DNA of 64,000 bases from a virus (lineage: Duplodnaviria; Caudoviricetes). The stretch lies in IMG/VR virus record IMGVR_UViG_3300002835_000006; one strand, written 5' to 3'. Position numbers and translations under genes: made by a program. Below, piece after piece: positions 18,629-28,323 of this stretch (position 1 is its first letter; every line of letters begins with the position of its first letter). The notes under the pieces were generated by a model. It was not told the DNA's origin. It was given only the letters and a program-made list of their open reading frames with translations, and ran no database searches.

Positions 18629-20294
18629 CATTACTTTAGTAACGGGTATTTGGGACATCGGGAGGTCTGAATTAAATGAGGGTTGGAAACGACCCTATGA
18701 ACATTATTTGGAAAAATTTGATTCTCTTTTGGATGCGTCTGAAAATATGATTATTTTCGGGGATGAGTCTTTAGAAGAATTTGTTTTTAGAAAAAGGAAT
18801 AAGGAGAATACTCAATTTATTAGAAGACCAATATCTTGGTTCAGAGAAAATGAGTTTTTTGAAAAAATACAACTGATAAGAAACAATGAAGATTGGAAAA
18901 ATCTTGCGGGGTGGCTTAGAGACTCAACTCAATCGAAATTAGAAAACTATAATCCTTTAGTCATGTCCAAAGTTTTTCTACTTCATGATGCCAAGATTAT
19001 GGACCAATTTAATTCGGAATATATGTTTTGGATTGACGGAGGTATTACAAACACCGTGCACTCCGGATATTTCACACACGACAAGGTTTTAAATAATCTT
19101 CCTAAATACATCTCAAAGTTTTCTTTTATTTGTTTTCCATATGAGGCAAATAATGAAATTCATGGATTTGAGTATTCAAGATTAAATGAGATTGCCGGTA
19201 CTAAAGTAGACAAAGTTGCAAGAGGAGGATTCTTTGGTGGACCAAAGTATACTATACCAGAAATAAATTCAATTTATTATGGTTTATTGAAATCTACATT
19301 AGACCAAGGGTTGATGGGTACCGAAGAATCTATTTTTAGTATAATGTGTTATAAACACTCAGATTTAATAAATTATTTTGAGATAGAAGGTAACGGTCTC
19401 ATAGGTAAATTTTTTGAGGGTTTGAAAAATAACAATTTAGAAGTAAAATCTGAGAGCGGATTTGTCTCACAGGAAATGTTAGATACAAATAAAGTTGGTT
19501 TATATGTTATAACATTTAACAGTCCAGAACAATTTGAAACTCTGATACAATCGATGAATTCTTATGATAAAGATTTTTTATTAAAAACTAAAAAATTTCT
19601 TTTAAATAATTCTACAGACAGGACAACAGATTTAACTTATAGTCAATTATGTGATGATTATGGTTTCGAAGAAATAAAAAAGGATAATTTAGGTATCTGC
19701 GGTGGAAGACAGTGGATTGCAGAACATTTTGACACAGAAACGGATTTAGATTATTACCTTTTCTTTGAGGACGATATGTTCTTCTATCCGAATCAAGAGG
19801 TTTGTAAAAATGGTTTCAACAGATTCACAGATAATCTTTATTCAAAATCTTTAGAAATTGTTAAAAAAGAAAATTTTGATTTTTTAAAATTAAATTTTTC
19901 AGAGTTTTTTGGTGATAATAGTACTCAATGGTCTTGGTATAATGTCCCTCAAGATGTAAGATTAAAGTTTTGGCCTGAAAAACCCCGACTCCCAAACATG
20001 GGATTAGACCCAAATGCCCCAAAAACAAAATTCACCAAAATAGATTCCCACAAAGGTATACCATATGCAACAGGTGAAATATACTATTGTAATTGGCCAC
20101 AAATAGTCTCAAGGCCCGGTAATAAAAAGATGTTTTTAGAAACAACTTGGGCTCACCCATTTGAACAAACGTGGATGAGTCATATGTATCAGCAGACTGT
20201 TGCGGGCAAACTCAAACCAGGGTTACTTCTTATGACACCAACCGAACATAATAGGTTCGACCATTACGATAGGAAGTTACGTAAAGAGTCATAA
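18621..20294 (+). CDS. HtrL/YibB-like domain fused to a C-terminal GT-A-like domain
   Basis: TLVTGIWDIGR, SKVFLLHDA, FWIDGG, GGFFGG, GTEESIF; then YLFFEDDMF. Confidence 0.65.
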   Translation: MNNITLVTGIWDIGRSELNEGWKRPYEHYLEKFDSLLDASENMIIFGDESLEEFVFRKRNKENTQFIRRPISWFRENEFFEKIQLIRNNEDWKNLAGWLRDSTQSKLENYNPLVMSKVFLLHDAKIMDQFNSEYMFWIDGGITNTVHSGYFTHDKVLNNLPKYISKFSFICFPYEANNEIHGFEYSRLNEIAGTKVDKVARGGFFGGPKYTIPEINSIYYGLLKSTLDQGLMGTEESIFSIMCYKHSDLINYFEIEGNGLIGKFFEGLKNNNLEVKSESGFVSQEMLDTNKVGLYVITFNSPEQFETLIQSMNSYDKDFLLKTKKFLLNNSTDRTTDLTYSQLCDDYGFEEIKKDNLGICGGRQWIAEHFDTETDLDYYLFFEDDMFFYPNQEVCKNGFNRFTDNLYSKSLEIVKKENFDFLKLNFSEFFGDNSTQWSWYNVPQDVRLKFWPEKPRLPNMGLDPNAPKTKFTKIDSHKGIPYATGEIYYCNWPQIVSRPGNKKMFLETTWAHPFEQTWMSHMYQQTVAGKLKPGLLLMTPTEHNRFDHYDRKLRKES

Positions 20295-20310
20295 CAGTAT
20301 ATTTATTGTT

Positions 20311-20688
20311 ATGGAATTTTTTATCAAGAAAAATGCTACTTTACCACTCTTGAAAATGCAAGTTGTAAAAGATGGTAGGGCCGGATATTTGGAGCTTATG
20401 GAGGCATTACCCATTTCAACAATCTATTTCACGATGATAAATGTTGAAACTGGTATTCCCAAAATAGTATCCGCCCCCTGTTACATAACTTCTATAACCC
20501 TTCCCTTAGGTGCAACCCCTGAGTATTATGTTTATTTCAGATTTACATCAAGAGACACAAATACCGTGGGTAGATATCAAGGTCAATTTCTCATCAAAAA
20601 CGACGAGGGTAATTTAATTCTACCGATAAGAGAGGAGTTATATATCAACGTACAAGACAGTTTTATTTCTGAAACAGGTTGTTGTTGA
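20311..20688 (+). CDS. small putative structural protein (BppU N-terminal-like beta sandwich)
   Basis: FFIKKNATLP..YFRFTSRDT..GRYQGQF..LPI pattern; TATTTAT 4 nt upstream. Confidence 0.5.
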   Translation: MEFFIKKNATLPLLKMQVVKDGRAGYLELMEALPISTIYFTMINVETGIPKIVSAPCYITSITLPLGATPEYYVYFRFTSRDTNTVGRYQGQFLIKNDEGNLILPIREELYINVQDSFISETGCC

Positions 20689-20689
20689 T

Positions 20690-20721
20690 TTTGATATTAC
20701 AGATATTCTTCGTATATTTAT
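20690..20721 (+). promoter_or_regulatory. putative promoter of DNA polymerase (TTTG-N19-TATATTTA, overlapping TATTTAT)
   Basis: Near match to the Bacteroidota -33/-7 consensus TTTG-N19-21-TAnnTTTG. Confidence 0.5.
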
Positions 20722-20783
20722 GGCTGAATGAGTAAGGTAAATTTCACAATAGTGTGAAAGCCAATAAACCACTCGAAAAATAT

Positions 20784-23582
20784 ATGATTGACCCTCAAGA
20801 AATTGAGTCGTTCTTACATGGTAACGACCCCGAAGAATTTATTGTAGCTATTGAGTTTGATTATGTTTCAAACTCCATTTTCAAAATCAAAGAAATACCC
20901 AATAAGGGTAAAGAGATTCGTAAGGATACATTTATACCATTCGCTTGGGTTGGAGACCTCCGTGGTATAAATTTCTATAACAATTCCAAAATTGCTCAGA
21001 AAGAAGCGATGTCAAAATATGGGATTGTAATTCAAAAATTAGAAACGAAAGATAATGAACGTCTTGAGAATGGTTTGACTTTCATGGTCAAGTCCCTTAA
21101 AGGTTATCGTGAACTAATTCAGTTCTTCCGTGACGGTGGTTGTGACCCGTGGGGTGAAAAAACCAAGGACAAAATTATGGTTTTACCTCCTGTTGAACAA
21201 TATCTGATATCCAAAGAAAAAAGATTGTTCAAAGGTTTTGATGATTATAATCAAGTGACGCGACTTGTATTTGACTTGGAGACAAACGCTTTGGACCCAA
21301 AAGACGGTCGTATATTCATGATTGGAATCAAAACAAATAAGGGTTACCACAGGGTAATTGAATGTCTTGATGAAAAGGATGAGAAAGATGCAATCTTAGA
21401 ATTCTTCAAAGTAATTGATGAAATTAAACCAAGTATTATCGGTGGTTATAATTCGGCGAACTTCGATTGGCACTGGATATTTGAAAGAAGTCAAAAACTA
21501 GGAATAGATTTAAGAAAGTCTATCAAATCCTTACATCCCCAACATTCTTATACAAGAAAGGAATCTATCCTAAAGTTAGCAAACGAGGTAGAAGATTATC
21601 TACAAACTTCAATTTGGGGTTATAATGTCATTGATATCATTCATGCGGTGCGTAGAGCACAAGCAATCAACTCGAACATTAAAGCTGCTGGTTTGAAATA
21701 TATTACCAAGTTTATCGGTAAAGAAGCAACTGACCGTGTCTATATTGAACACACTGATATTGGTAAAATGTATGCGGCCAAAGAAGAGTATTGGTTGAAC
21801 ATTCAGAATGGAAATTACAAAAAGGTCGGATTGGATGAGAAAATCGATACGGCTTGTAAAAAAAGACCTGATGTGTATATTGTAACAACAGGAGATAATT
21901 TGGTTGAGAGATATTTGGATGATGACTTGGAAGAAACCTTAGCCGTAGACCAAGAGTTCAATCAAGCCTCATTCTTACTAGCTTCAATGATTCCCACCAC
22001 ATATGAGAGGGTTTCTACTATGGGAACGGCAACCCTTTGGAAAATGCTAATGCTTGCGTGGTCTTATAAACACGGTTTGGCAATCCCTGAGAAACAATCA
22101 AAGACAGACTTCGTAGGAGGTCTTTCTCGACTATTAAAAGTCGGGTACAGTAAGAATGTCCTAAAGCTAGACTTCTCCTCTCTATACCCCTCTATTCAGC
22201 TCGTACACGATGTTTTCCCCGACTGTGATGTTACAGGTGCGATGAAAGGAATGTTAAAGTATTTTCGTGATACTCGTATCCGTTACAAACAACTTGCCGA
22301 AGAGTTTGAGAAAACTGACCCTCAAAAATCAGCATCTTATTCTAACAAACAATTACCCATCAAAATCTTCATCAACTCAATGTTCGGTGCTTTGTCCGCC
22401 CCTCAGGTTTTTGCTTGGGGTGATATGTACATGGGTGAACAGATTACTTGTACGGGTCGTCAGTATCTGAGACAGATGATTAAATTCTTTATGTCTCGAG
22501 GTTATACTCCCTTGGTTATGGATACTGACGGTGTAAACTTCTCAAGTCCTGATGATGTCGACAAACACAAATATATTGGTCGTGGTTTAAATTGGAAGGT
22601 CAAAGTTGGTAAAGAATATACAGGACCTGATGCGGATGTTGCTGAATATAACGATATTTTCATGAGGGGTGAAATGGCTTTGGATACTGACGGAGTTTGG
22701 CCTTCGTGTATCAATTTGGCAAGAAAAAACTACGCAGTTATGGATGCAAGAGGTAAAATCAAATTGACAGGTAATTCAATCAAGTCAAAAAAACTTCCCT
22801 TGTATATCGAAACCTTTTTGGACAAAGGAATTAAACTCCTATTAGAAGGTAGAGGTAAAGATTTTATCGAGTACTACTATGAGTATCTAAAAATAATTTT
22901 TGACCAAAAAATTCCTTTATCCCAAATTGCTCAGAGAGCCAAAGTAAAATTGACCTTGGACGAGTATAAAAAAAGGTTGACACAAAAAACCAAGGCCGGT
23001 AATAGTATGTCTCGTATGGCACACATGGAATTGGCAATACAGGAGGGTTTGAATGTAAACCTTGGTGATGTTATAATGTATGTCAATAACGGTAAAAAGG
23101 CGTCTCAAGGTGACGTACAAAAAATGACCGCTAAACAAATCAAAGATTTAAATGAATATAACAAAGTCCAAAACCCAAATTCGAAACCAGTACAAGATGG
23201 AGTAATTGTGAATTGTTATATGTTGAAGGCAGATATTTTGGAAAACAACCCCAATCTGACAGGTGAGTATAATGTTCCGAGGGCAATCGTTACTTTCAAT
23301 AAAAGAATTGAACCTTTGTTAGTGGTATTCCAACAAGAGGTTCGTGACAATTTGTTAGTGACCGACCCTGAACAAAGAGGTATATTTACAACCGCTCAAT
23401 GTGAATTGATAAACGGGATGCCATTTGAAGAGGGCGACCAAGACAAACTTAAAGAGGATGTTTTGGATATTACTGAACAGGAATTAAACTATTGGGGTAG
23501 AAGAGGTCTTAGTTCAGAATATATTTACGAATTAGCGGAAGAAGATTGGAAAATTAAATTAGGAGTTCTTGAGTCCGTCTGA
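20784..23582 (+). CDS. polB: family B DNA polymerase (start probably ATG 20784; ORF track uses GTG 20754)
   Basis: Exo FDLET, YNSANFD; polymerase DFSSLYPS, KIFINSMFG, DTDG. Confidence 0.95.
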   Translation: MIDPQEIESFLHGNDPEEFIVAIEFDYVSNSIFKIKEIPNKGKEIRKDTFIPFAWVGDLRGINFYNNSKIAQKEAMSKYGIVIQKLETKDNERLENGLTFMVKSLKGYRELIQFFRDGGCDPWGEKTKDKIMVLPPVEQYLISKEKRLFKGFDDYNQVTRLVFDLETNALDPKDGRIFMIGIKTNKGYHRVIECLDEKDEKDAILEFFKVIDEIKPSIIGGYNSANFDWHWIFERSQKLGIDLRKSIKSLHPQHSYTRKESILKLANEVEDYLQTSIWGYNVIDIIHAVRRAQAINSNIKAAGLKYITKFIGKEATDRVYIEHTDIGKMYAAKEEYWLNIQNGNYKKVGLDEKIDTACKKRPDVYIVTTGDNLVERYLDDDLEETLAVDQEFNQASFLLASMIPTTYERVSTMGTATLWKMLMLAWSYKHGLAIPEKQSKTDFVGGLSRLLKVGYSKNVLKLDFSSLYPSIQLVHDVFPDCDVTGAMKGMLKYFRDTRIRYKQLAEEFEKTDPQKSASYSNKQLPIKIFINSMFGALSAPQVFAWGDMYMGEQITCTGRQYLRQMIKFFMSRGYTPLVMDTDGVNFSSPDDVDKHKYIGRGLNWKVKVGKEYTGPDADVAEYNDIFMRGEMALDTDGVWPSCINLARKNYAVMDARGKIKLTGNSIKSKKLPLYIETFLDKGIKLLLEGRGKDFIEYYYEYLKIIFDQKIPLSQIAQRAKVKLTLDEYKKRLTQKTKAGNSMSRMAHMELAIQEGLNVNLGDVIMYVNNGKKASQGDVQKMTAKQIKDLNEYNKVQNPNSKPVQDGVIVNCYMLKADILENNPNLTGEYNVPRAIVTFNKRIEPLLVVFQQEVRDNLLVTDPEQRGIFTTAQCELINGMPFEEGDQDKLKEDVLDITEQELNYWGRRGLSSEYIYELAEEDWKIKLGVLESV

Positions 23583-23894
23583 TGAAAGAATATACCAAGT
23601 ATCTCTTATAAATTTAAATTCAACACAGGCGAACTTATCTAAATCAACCTCATCGTATTCTTCATCAATCCTATTGATATCAGGTTTCACTTTGAGATTT
23701 GTCATCGATTTAACAACAACGTGGTCTGAGGTCATAGAGTCCAAAGTCAAAGTTGCGTTTGGTACACCTCTCACAACAATCACCGCTTCTCCGTTTACTT
23801 TGTAGTCTTTTTCAGTAACGACAGCGCTGTCTGAGGTCTCTATTGCAAACCCATTTATTATTCTTTTTGATGGTATATTTTTAACTATTGCCAT
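23559..23894 (-). CDS. hypothetical, possibly neck/collar appendage protein
   Basis: Coupled to the neck gene; beta-rich, ends EFKFIRDTWYILS; overlaps the polB 3' end convergently. Confidence 0.6.
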   Translation of the reverse strand: MAIVKNIPSKRIINGFAIETSDSAVVTEKDYKVNGEAVIVVRGVPNATLTLDSMTSDHVVVKSMTNLKVKPDINRIDEEYDEVDLDKFACVEFKFIRDTWYILSSDGLKNS

Positions 23895-25027
23895 TAGATT
23901 ACGTATATTTGACGAGGCATTGCTCTGAATTTCATTTGTTTATTTAAATTTTCAGCAATTTGAGCTTCCCTTTCCATTACCTTTTCGGGTCTCAATCTCG
24001 TAAGCCATCCCTCTGCACCAATCAATTCTTCTAATAGCTTTGTTTTCTCATCTTTAGCTTCTGTTTGAAGTATTTGATAGTCCATCGTCAATTCTGAATC
24101 AGGAGTTTTCAGGTTTCCGCTATACTTACCTCTAACTCTCGATAAAGTTTCTTTTGCATATGCTGTAAACCATCTTCTAACCCATTGTTGGCCAGGTACA
24201 TTCAGTTCTTCCCAACTCAATTCAGAAATAGGAACATCTGTTGGTAATTTTATAATATCGGGATTAGCTTTCAAACAATTAGCTCTGTCATCAGGACCAA
24301 CGTCATAATACCAATACCATACGGCTTTACCTTCATACAAGCTGTAGTTATTCCAATTAAAACGACCTCCAGGGGTATTATAAAGGAATATATTTTTCTT
24401 TCCATCAGGTAAACCTGTGATTCTGTATGTTAGGGAACCTCCCAAAATTCTATTCAGGATGTTGGCTTCTTGCATTCTAATGAGATAATCAAACCCACTC
24501 ATCATAAAGTAAGAACCTTGATATCCCATCTGTGCGTATCCTGCTTCATTTGCGCCCAAACCAATTCCACCGAAACCAAATCCACCTATACCACCTAATC
24601 CGAATGCTGTCCACGGTTGATTGGAAAACCATAAAAGTTCATTCACTTCTCTACCGGCAGGGATTTCATAGTTTTGTTTGTTTCTCTCTAAAACAAAATA
24701 ATCTTTCTTCAGGACCCAAGGTCCCATAGTTTGTAGACCAACTATCTTTGAGTATGAATATGCGAATTGTTGTTCAAAATCCATCGTTCTTGTCACCAAA
24801 GCCCTTGCCACTGATTTCTCATTCATGTTCAGATTTACAAGGTTTACCCATTGACTATCAATCAACCATTGAAGAACATACTCTTCATAATCTCCAATAG
24901 ATAATTCCATTAAAGAATCTAACATTTCATCCGTCAATTCAACACTTCTTAAAGGTGCCCCTAATTGATGTTTGATTCTTGTATATATTCTACTTCTTTC
25001 TGGTTCAGGAATTACTGACATAGACAA
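23894..25027 (-). CDS. neck protein, T4 gp13-like
   Basis: RIKHQLGAPLRSVELTDEML resembles gp13 'LRRLGAPxxxVE'; TATTTAT upstream. Confidence 0.75.
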   Translation of the reverse strand: MSMSVIPEPERSRIYTRIKHQLGAPLRSVELTDEMLDSLMELSIGDYEEYVLQWLIDSQWVNLVNLNMNEKSVARALVTRTMDFEQQFAYSYSKIVGLQTMGPWVLKKDYFVLERNKQNYEIPAGREVNELLWFSNQPWTAFGLGGIGGFGFGGIGLGANEAGYAQMGYQGSYFMMSGFDYLIRMQEANILNRILGGSLTYRITGLPDGKKNIFLYNTPGGRFNWNNYSLYEGKAVWYWYYDVGPDDRANCLKANPDIIKLPTDVPISELSWEELNVPGQQWVRRWFTAYAKETLSRVRGKYSGNLKTPDSELTMDYQILQTEAKDEKTKLLEELIGAEGWLTRLRPEKVMEREAQIAENLNKQMKFRAMPRQIYVI

Positions 25028-25044
25028 GTTTTATTATATAAATA

Positions 25045-26541
25045 TCATACTAAGGTATAAATCAAACTACTCACGGGGAATATGTAAACGTTACTGCCAA
25101 AGGTTGTGGCATTATTTTCTAAAATTACGGTTTCAAACTTATTTGTGAAAATCATCCAATCTTGTTCGTATGGTAAAATTTTACCAGTTGTTTCTACGTA
25201 AACTAAATCATCTTCTATTTTGTAACTTGTAAGAGGTTTAATTTGGAAAGTGTTTATTTTTTCATTTTTTATAATTTGACCATCTAATCCTTGGTTGTCA
25301 CTTTCAGCGCCAAACCCACTTTTGATATCAACGTTTTCTTTTCCGAATTCTTTTTCTAATCTTGTTTTTGTTTGATTTTCTACCTTGTCCCCTTTGGTTT
25401 TACTATTACCTAAATTGGACATAATTTTCTGAAAAAAGGGGGAGTCTTCAACAAAAATTTTGTTTGAATATTTTTTCAAAATAGAGGTCAGTTTTTTCAC
25501 CGCCATGACCTGTTCTTTGGGAGTTCTATTCTGAAAATGAATTATTTCATGATTATTATCTTTTAACAATCTGTTTACACTTTTGGTGATTAAACAAAAA
25601 GCTCTGTAGTTACCAGCCAAAAAACTAATATTGTGTCTTTCTCCATTTTTATAAAATCCTTGCATTATATTGTTTTCAGGGTCTTTGGGTTTGAATTCTA
25701 ACCAGTCCACTTGTTTCAACGCGGCATAAATTCCCATACCATACAACTTACTTATTTCGTTGTCTTTCATTAGGTTCTGAAAAAATTTCTCATCTTCGGT
25801 TGTACAATCCACAATATAAGATTTACCTTCAGTCATTATTTGTTTGGAAATTTTATTTTCTAAAAGTTTTGTTTGAGTCTTCAGTTCGAACAATTTACTA
25901 ACAAAATCCCAATTTACGACTTTCCAAAAATTTGAAATATATTCATCTCTTTTGTTCTTATATTTCAGATAGTAAGCATGTTCCCATAGGTCAAGACCCA
26001 ACAAAGGAAATCCCCCACCCTCTATAACATTCATTAGTGGATTGTCTTGATTTGGAGTTGACATTATTTTGAGTTTGTTGTTTTTTGTTAAAACCAACCA
26101 AACCCAACCTGAACCAAATCTTTCTTTAGCGGTTTGTTCAAACTTCTTCTTGAAGTTGGAAAATGTTTTGAACTCAGAAAAAATTTTCTTTTGTAATTCT
26201 CCTTTGAGTCTGACTGGGGTCGGGGTGAGCATATTCCAAAATAATGCGTGGTTGAATGCTCCACCTGCGTTGTTTCTTATTGTTTTGTCGTATCTACTTA
26301 TGTTTTTTATAATTTTTTCTAAATCCCAATCACCCATTTTCTTTTTCGAGAGTGCCTGATTTAGTTTGTCTACGTATCCCTTATAATGTTTATTATAATG
26401 AAAATCCATAGTTTCGGCATCAATAAAGGGTTTCAGTGCTGAGTAGGAGTATGGTAATTTTTCAATTCCGATTTTTTTCATTTCCTCAATCAATATTTGT
26501 CTTTGTGATTCGGAGTTGTTTTTGTTTTCTGTGTTCATCAA
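25045..26541 (-). CDS. sodA: Mn-type superoxide dismutase fused to a C-terminal PD-(D/E)xK-like domain
   Basis: All metal ligands present (FHYNKH, GGAFNH, DLWEHAYY) and NQD; extra ~260 aa C-terminal region. Confidence 0.85.
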   Translation of the reverse strand: MMNTENKNNSESQRQILIEEMKKIGIEKLPYSYSALKPFIDAETMDFHYNKHYKGYVDKLNQALSKKKMGDWDLEKIIKNISRYDKTIRNNAGGAFNHALFWNMLTPTPVRLKGELQKKIFSEFKTFSNFKKKFEQTAKERFGSGWVWLVLTKNNKLKIMSTPNQDNPLMNVIEGGGFPLLGLDLWEHAYYLKYKNKRDEYISNFWKVVNWDFVSKLFELKTQTKLLENKISKQIMTEGKSYIVDCTTEDEKFFQNLMKDNEISKLYGMGIYAALKQVDWLEFKPKDPENNIMQGFYKNGERHNISFLAGNYRAFCLITKSVNRLLKDNNHEIIHFQNRTPKEQVMAVKKLTSILKKYSNKIFVEDSPFFQKIMSNLGNSKTKGDKVENQTKTRLEKEFGKENVDIKSGFGAESDNQGLDGQIIKNEKINTFQIKPLTSYKIEDDLVYVETTGKILPYEQDWMIFTNKFETVILENNATTFGSNVYIFPVSSLIYTLV

Positions 26542-26563
26542 GTTTTTTCTATAAATAATGAGA

Positions 26564-28312
26564 TTATCTCATTTCGTTGATTCTTTGGAGAATTTCTTCC
26601 ACGTAGTCTGCGGAATTGTTGTTGTCACCCATCACTGTGGCGATGACGTGTTTTTTCTTATTTAATATGTCGTATATGATTCCCTCAATAGTATTTTCAA
26701 ATATTGGGTAATAAACTAGTACATTACTTTTTTGTCCGTATCTGTAAGCTCTGTCTTCTGCTTGTGAGTGGTCTGAGGGTAAAAAGGATAAATCGTTCAT
26801 AATTACAGCTTCAGCGGCAGTCAAAGTAATACCAACGCCGGCTGCTTTTATGTTACCGACAAAAACTTTTATCTTATCATTTTCTTGGAATTGGTCTACT
26901 GAAAATTGTCTTTCCGCTTTGGACATGGAACCATCTAGTTTGACCGCCGTCTTCCCGAAATGTTCCAAAATTTTGTTTAGGGAATTTGTAAAATTACAGA
27001 AAATTATAACTTTCTTATCTTGTTCGATTATATTTTCTGCAAGTTCTATTGTTTGGGTTATTTTTTCATCTGCAATAATTTGTCTTACCTTAGTGAGTTT
27101 TGTAAATTGAACGGTCAAAGATTTAGACTCTTCAGGATTTTTCTCATACCAATTATAGTATTCACCCATCACCTCTTCATATTCTTTTGACTTCAGTCTT
27201 AAATAAATTGGTGTGATAATTTTATCAGGTAAATCAAGTACGTCTTCTTTTAATCTTCTAAGTGTAAGGTTCGAAGTTCTATCTCTCAGTTCTTCTAAGT
27301 TTGAGGCTCCCATAACATTCCATACTTTCCGTGGTCCAACCCTAAATTGATATCCACTACAATATCTTATAACGTAAGCCATCCAATTTTTGGCAACGGG
27401 TGAGTCAACCAAACTCAATAGATTATAATAATCAATTGGTCTTGATGTCATGGGGGTACCTGTCAATAACCAAATCCTATCTACCTTTTTTACTATATCA
27501 TTTATAAGCTTTGTTCTTTGTGCTTGAGCATTCTTGATATAGTGTGCCTCATCAACAATAACCAAATCAAAATTGGCGCTAATAATTTGCGATTCATCTT
27601 TTCTTTTAGTGTCATGGAAGTTCTTTATTATATCGTAGTTTATTATTACAAAATCGTTATTAGGGTCAAAGTTTTTACCTTCAGCTATATAGATAGATTT
27701 ATCTGAATAATTTTCGATTTCACGCTTCCAGTTTATCTTCAAGGTTGCGGGACAAATTATCAAAACCTTTTTAGCCCCACATTCCAAAGCCGCTATTATA
27801 GTTGAGGTGGTCTTTCCTAACCCCATATCATCCGCTAGAATGTATTTCTTATTTTCTACTAATTTTTGAATTGCTTCTCTTTGGTGAGATAGTGGTGGTC
27901 GATTAGAATACTTATCAAAATCTAAAACAACGTCTTTCACTGTGTTGTCTTTAATCATAGCCGCTTTTGGAATCCAAAACTCGTTGAGTTGGTCTGTTTC
28001 AAAAAACCTACCCCAAATGTGATATGCCTTTTCCTTTTCAGCTAATAGTTTTTCTACCCAAATTTTTTCGGGAATTTGGTGTAGTAATTTATCGTCTGCA
28101 AATTTTTGAGCAAAGTAAGCATCGAGTACAACCCATTTTTTTGCGACTTTGGGTTGTTTATCAAAATTGTTTATTATATATTCAGCCTGACTTCTTGTTG
28201 GGTAAAACTTTTTATTCACCTCGGATTTTCTTTTAAGTTCCAAGATGTAGTTATTAGCCCCGCTATAGGTTTCTAATAATGAAATTGCTTTTGATTCTAA
28301 AGTATTCGACAA
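26564..28312 (-). CDS. SNF2-family (SMARCAL1/HARP-like) helicase/translocase
   Basis: LADDMGLGKT, DEAH, LTGTP, QAEDRAYRYGQ. Confidence 0.9.
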   Translation of the reverse strand: MSNTLESKAISLLETYSGANNYILELKRKSEVNKKFYPTRSQAEYIINNFDKQPKVAKKWVVLDAYFAQKFADDKLLHQIPEKIWVEKLLAEKEKAYHIWGRFFETDQLNEFWIPKAAMIKDNTVKDVVLDFDKYSNRPPLSHQREAIQKLVENKKYILADDMGLGKTTSTIIAALECGAKKVLIICPATLKINWKREIENYSDKSIYIAEGKNFDPNNDFVIINYDIIKNFHDTKRKDESQIISANFDLVIVDEAHYIKNAQAQRTKLINDIVKKVDRIWLLTGTPMTSRPIDYYNLLSLVDSPVAKNWMAYVIRYCSGYQFRVGPRKVWNVMGASNLEELRDRTSNLTLRRLKEDVLDLPDKIITPIYLRLKSKEYEEVMGEYYNWYEKNPEESKSLTVQFTKLTKVRQIIADEKITQTIELAENIIEQDKKVIIFCNFTNSLNKILEHFGKTAVKLDGSMSKAERQFSVDQFQENDKIKVFVGNIKAAGVGITLTAAEAVIMNDLSFLPSDHSQAEDRAYRYGQKSNVLVYYPIFENTIEGIIYDILNKKKHVIATVMGDNNNSADYVEEILQRINEMR

Positions 28313-28323
28313 ATTAAATTTTG

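Noticed and set aside
20723-20778. CTGAATGA...GAAA resembling a hammerhead ribozyme core
   Set aside because: Spacing does not fit CUGANGA plus stem II, and stems I/III are not evident; kept only as a generic structured leader
22340-22540. PolB motif variants (NSMFG rather than NSxYG; MDTDG)
   Set aside because: Catalytic Asp and Lys residues are intact; I cannot support a functional change without an alignment
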